The position numbers and the translations under genes are program-made. Source: Candidatus Hydrogenedentota bacterium (lineage in GTDB: Bacteria; Hydrogenedentota; Hydrogenedentia; Hydrogenedentales; JAEUWI01). From it: a stretch of DNA of 64,000 nucleotides. Numbering within the stretch: position 1 is the first letter of the stretch; each line of letters begins with the position of its first letter. The notes below the pieces were generated by a model. That model was not told the DNA's origin. It worked only from the letters and a program-made list of their open reading frames with translations, and did not search any database. Below are positions 62,401 to 64,000 of this stretch, piece by piece. Location of the stretch: positions 1 to 64,000 of the forward strand of contig JAXMOL010000042.1 in NCBI GenBank assembly GCA_034669905.1, given 5' to 3'.

Positions 62401-64000
62401 GGACGCCGTCTCGGCCGTTGTGGGAAGTGGCACAACCTATACCGTAACCGTCAACACCGGGACCGGCGATGGCACCTTGCGCCTGGATTTCCTGGACGAT
62501 GACAGCGTCGCCGATGCCCAGGGAAACGTGCTGGGTGGTGCCGGTGCGGGAAATGGCGATTTCACGAGCGGTGAGGCCTACACGGTGGACAAGAGTGCGC
62601 CCTCGGTGACCTCCGTCATTCGGGCAGATTCGAATCCGACCAACGCGACGACGGTGGATTTTTCGGTGGGCTTCGACGAATCCGTGACAGGGCTGGACAC
62701 CGGTGATTTTTCGGCGGTGGTGGCCAGTGGAAGCATTTCCGGTGCATCGGTTGTGGGCGTTTCCGGCAGCGGTGCCAGCTATACGGTGAGCGTGTCCACG
62801 GGCTCGGGGGATGGTACGTTGCGCCTGGATCTCGTGGACGATGACAGCGTGGCAGATCTTGCGGGGAACCCCCTGGGCGGCGTGGGTGCGGGTAATGGAA
62901 ACTACACGGGGGATGAGCCGTACACCGTCGACAAGACGGCGCCCACGGTCACGGCCATAACCCGCAGTGATGGGGATCCCGCCAATGCGGCCACGGTGGA
63001 CTTCACGGTGACCTTTTCGGAAGACGTCGGTGTGGTAGACGCCGCGGATTTCACGACGTCCGGAACGGTGACCGGACCGTCCGTCGGTAGTGTTGCCGGG
63101 AGCGGCGCCACGCGCACCGTGACGGTAAACACCGGGAGCGGGAGCGGCACCCTTCGTCTCGATCTCACGGACGACGACAGCATCACCGACTCCGCTGGAA
63201 ATGCCCTGGGTGGCGTGGGCTCGGGCAACGGGGACCACACCGGAGACGAGTCGTATACGATTGATAAGTCCGCGCCGACGGTGACGGTTGAGCAGGCGGG
63301 TGGCCAGGCCGATCCGACGAACACCCTGCCCATCGTTTTCGATGTGACTTTCAGTGAGAGCGTAACCGGTTTTGCGATGAACGACGTCACCCTCGGCGGG
63401 ACCGCGACGGGGGTCTCCTTCAACGTCAGCGGTTCCGGTGCCAGTTACGTCATTCAGATCACGTCCGTGTCGGGGGACGGCTCGCTGGTGCCGACCATCG
63501 CATCCGGCGTCGCGGTAGATGGGGCGAACAACGGAAACGACGCCTCGACCAGTACCGATAATTCCGTGGTGTACGACACGACCCCGCCGCAGGTGGACAC
63601 GGTGACGCGGGCCCTTGGCAATCCAACGAATGCGTCGAGCGTAGATTTTACCGTGACCTTCACCGAGCCGGTGACGGGCGTGGGCGTGGACGATTTCGCC
63701 GCAACGGTCACCGGGGGCGGAATCTCCGGCGTTTCGGTGACGGGCCTGTCTGGCAGTGGCGCGACGTATACCGTATCCGTTGATACGGGAACGGGCGACG
63801 GCACGATACGCCTGGATGTGACGGATGATGACAGTATCGCCGATGTAGCAGGCACCGTGCTGGGTGGCGTGGGTGCCGGCAACGGAGATTTCAGCAGCGG
63901 CCAGGTCTATACCATCGACCGAACGCCGCCGACGTTCACCGGGATTGTACGTGGCGACCCGGACCCGACCAATGGGGCAACGGTTACGTTCAGCGTGACC
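59465..64000 (+). CDS. giant secreted Ig-like tandem-repeat surface protein (runs off window end; absent from ORF track)
   Basis: TTG start, signal peptide ending SAYA; same frame checked at each repeat to 64000 (>1500 codons); repeats P.V.S..R….PT…FTVTFSE.VTG.D..DF…YTV.V.TG.GDGTLRLD..DDD. Confidence 0.88.
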   Translation, partial: MKQLFAATGQRIRNTLLRGIPVGLVVSSALALAAVFSTSAYAAPSVLSVVRTDANPTSSSQARFTVTFSESVTGIDTSDFTPAVGGGVSGASIVGFTGGGSVYTVTVFTGTGDGTLRMDVVDDDTIINGSSEPLGGTGAGNGAFSSGESYTIDKTIPAVSSVVRTFATPNNGASVDFTVTFSESVTGVDTGDFTLTSTVTGPSVSTVSGAGTTYTVSVDTGTGDGTLRLNVVDNDSIADGADNRLGGAGPGNGGYTSGEVYTMDKTPPGVTSALRADSSPTNATGVGYTVLFSESVSGVGTGDFSAVVTSGVVSGASVSGVSGSGTTYTVNLDTGSGDGTLRLDLVDDDTIVDAAGNPLGGAGTVNGDHTGDEEYVIDKSAPVVSSITRLDSTPTSASSVDYMVTFNEPVTGVDVADFLATVSSGSISGASVSGISGSGTTYTVSVGTGTGDGTLRLDVSDDDSISDAVGNPLGGSGGGNGDFTGGEAYVVDQSPPSVASISRADSTPSNAATVDYTVSFNEAVSGVDAADFSVTVTGGSIAGASVSGVTGSGATYTVTVGTGTGDGTLRLDLVDDDSVMDTAGNLLGGTGAGNGDYAAGEAYSMDKTAPTVTVEQAGGQADPTNTLPIAFDVTFSEDVTGFAMGDVTMGGTATGVTFNVSGSGTTYSIQITAITGDGTVIPTIGSAVVIDTASNANDASTSTDNTVTYDTAAAVVSSILRVSGTPTNASTVDYTVTFSETVTGVDASDFTATVTGGAISGATVSGVSGSGATYTVSVGTGTGDGTLRLDVVDDDTIVDVSGNPLGGVGGGNGNYSGDEEYTVDKTAPTVTVEQSGGQADPTNTLPITFDVVFSEGVTGFDASDVAIGGTAGGVVVNVSGSGASYLLSVVSIASDGTVIPTISPGGTADGATNANEGSTSVDNTVTYDVTPPQVASSTRVDSNPTMAASIDFQVTFSEAVTGVDTGDFTTTVTSGSISGDAVSAVVGSGTTYTVTVNTGTGDGTLRLDFLDDDSVADAQGNVLGGAGAGNGDFTSGEAYTVDKSAPSVTSVIRADSNPTNATTVDFSVGFDESVTGLDTGDFSAVVASGSISGASVVGVSGSGASYTVSVSTGSGDGTLRLDLVDDDSVADLAGNPLGGVGAGNGNYTGDEPYTVDKTAPTVTAITRSDGDPANAATVDFTVTFSEDVGVVDAADFTTSGTVTGPSVGSVAGSGATRTVTVNTGSGSGTLRLDLTDDDSITDSAGNALGGVGSGNGDHTGDESYTIDKSAPTVTVEQAGGQADPTNTLPIVFDVTFSESVTGFAMNDVTLGGTATGVSFNVSGSGASYVIQITSVSGDGSLVPTIASGVAVDGANNGNDASTSTDNSVVYDTTPPQVDTVTRALGNPTNASSVDFTVTFTEPVTGVGVDDFAATVTGGGISGVSVTGLSGSGATYTVSVDTGTGDGTIRLDVTDDDSIADVAGTVLGGVGAGNGDFSSGQVYTIDRTPPTFTGIVRGDPDPTNGATVTFSVT

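Overview
GC-rich bacterial chromosomal window with no rRNA, tRNA, CRISPR or transposase. Many Tat/lipoprotein substrates, a DUF1800-DUF1501 pair, CotH, a TIGR04073-like protein and a giant Ig-like repeat protein suggest a Candidatus Hydrogenedentes- or PVC-like organism (inference only). Left to right: arfB; a secreted GH123/DUF4091-like protein; DUF1800-DUF1501; a ketocarotenoid cluster (crtY-crtE-crtI-crtB-crtO, divergent idi) with a B12-dependent CarH/LitR photoreceptor and 11-bp-phased operator-like repeats; CotH lipoprotein; Tat-exported Rid protein; a 150-nt rod-like structured element; degP; a degenerate AlgX-like lipoprotein; GT4 genes; secreted hydrolases; AKR; MATE; ugd; sdhCAB; two tandem copies of a module pairing a membrane Ser/Thr kinase with a secreted 14-repeat ELWxxDGT propeller protein; gyrA-gyrB-dciA-recF-HDOD; hsp20; two esterase/hydrolase genes; and the 5' part of a giant Ig-like repeat surface protein missing from the ORF track. 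Three intergenic loci carry REPIN-like elements with covarying hairpins. The best candidate for an undescribed system is the duplicated kinase + ELWxxDGT module. All calls come from motif reading by eye, without database searches.
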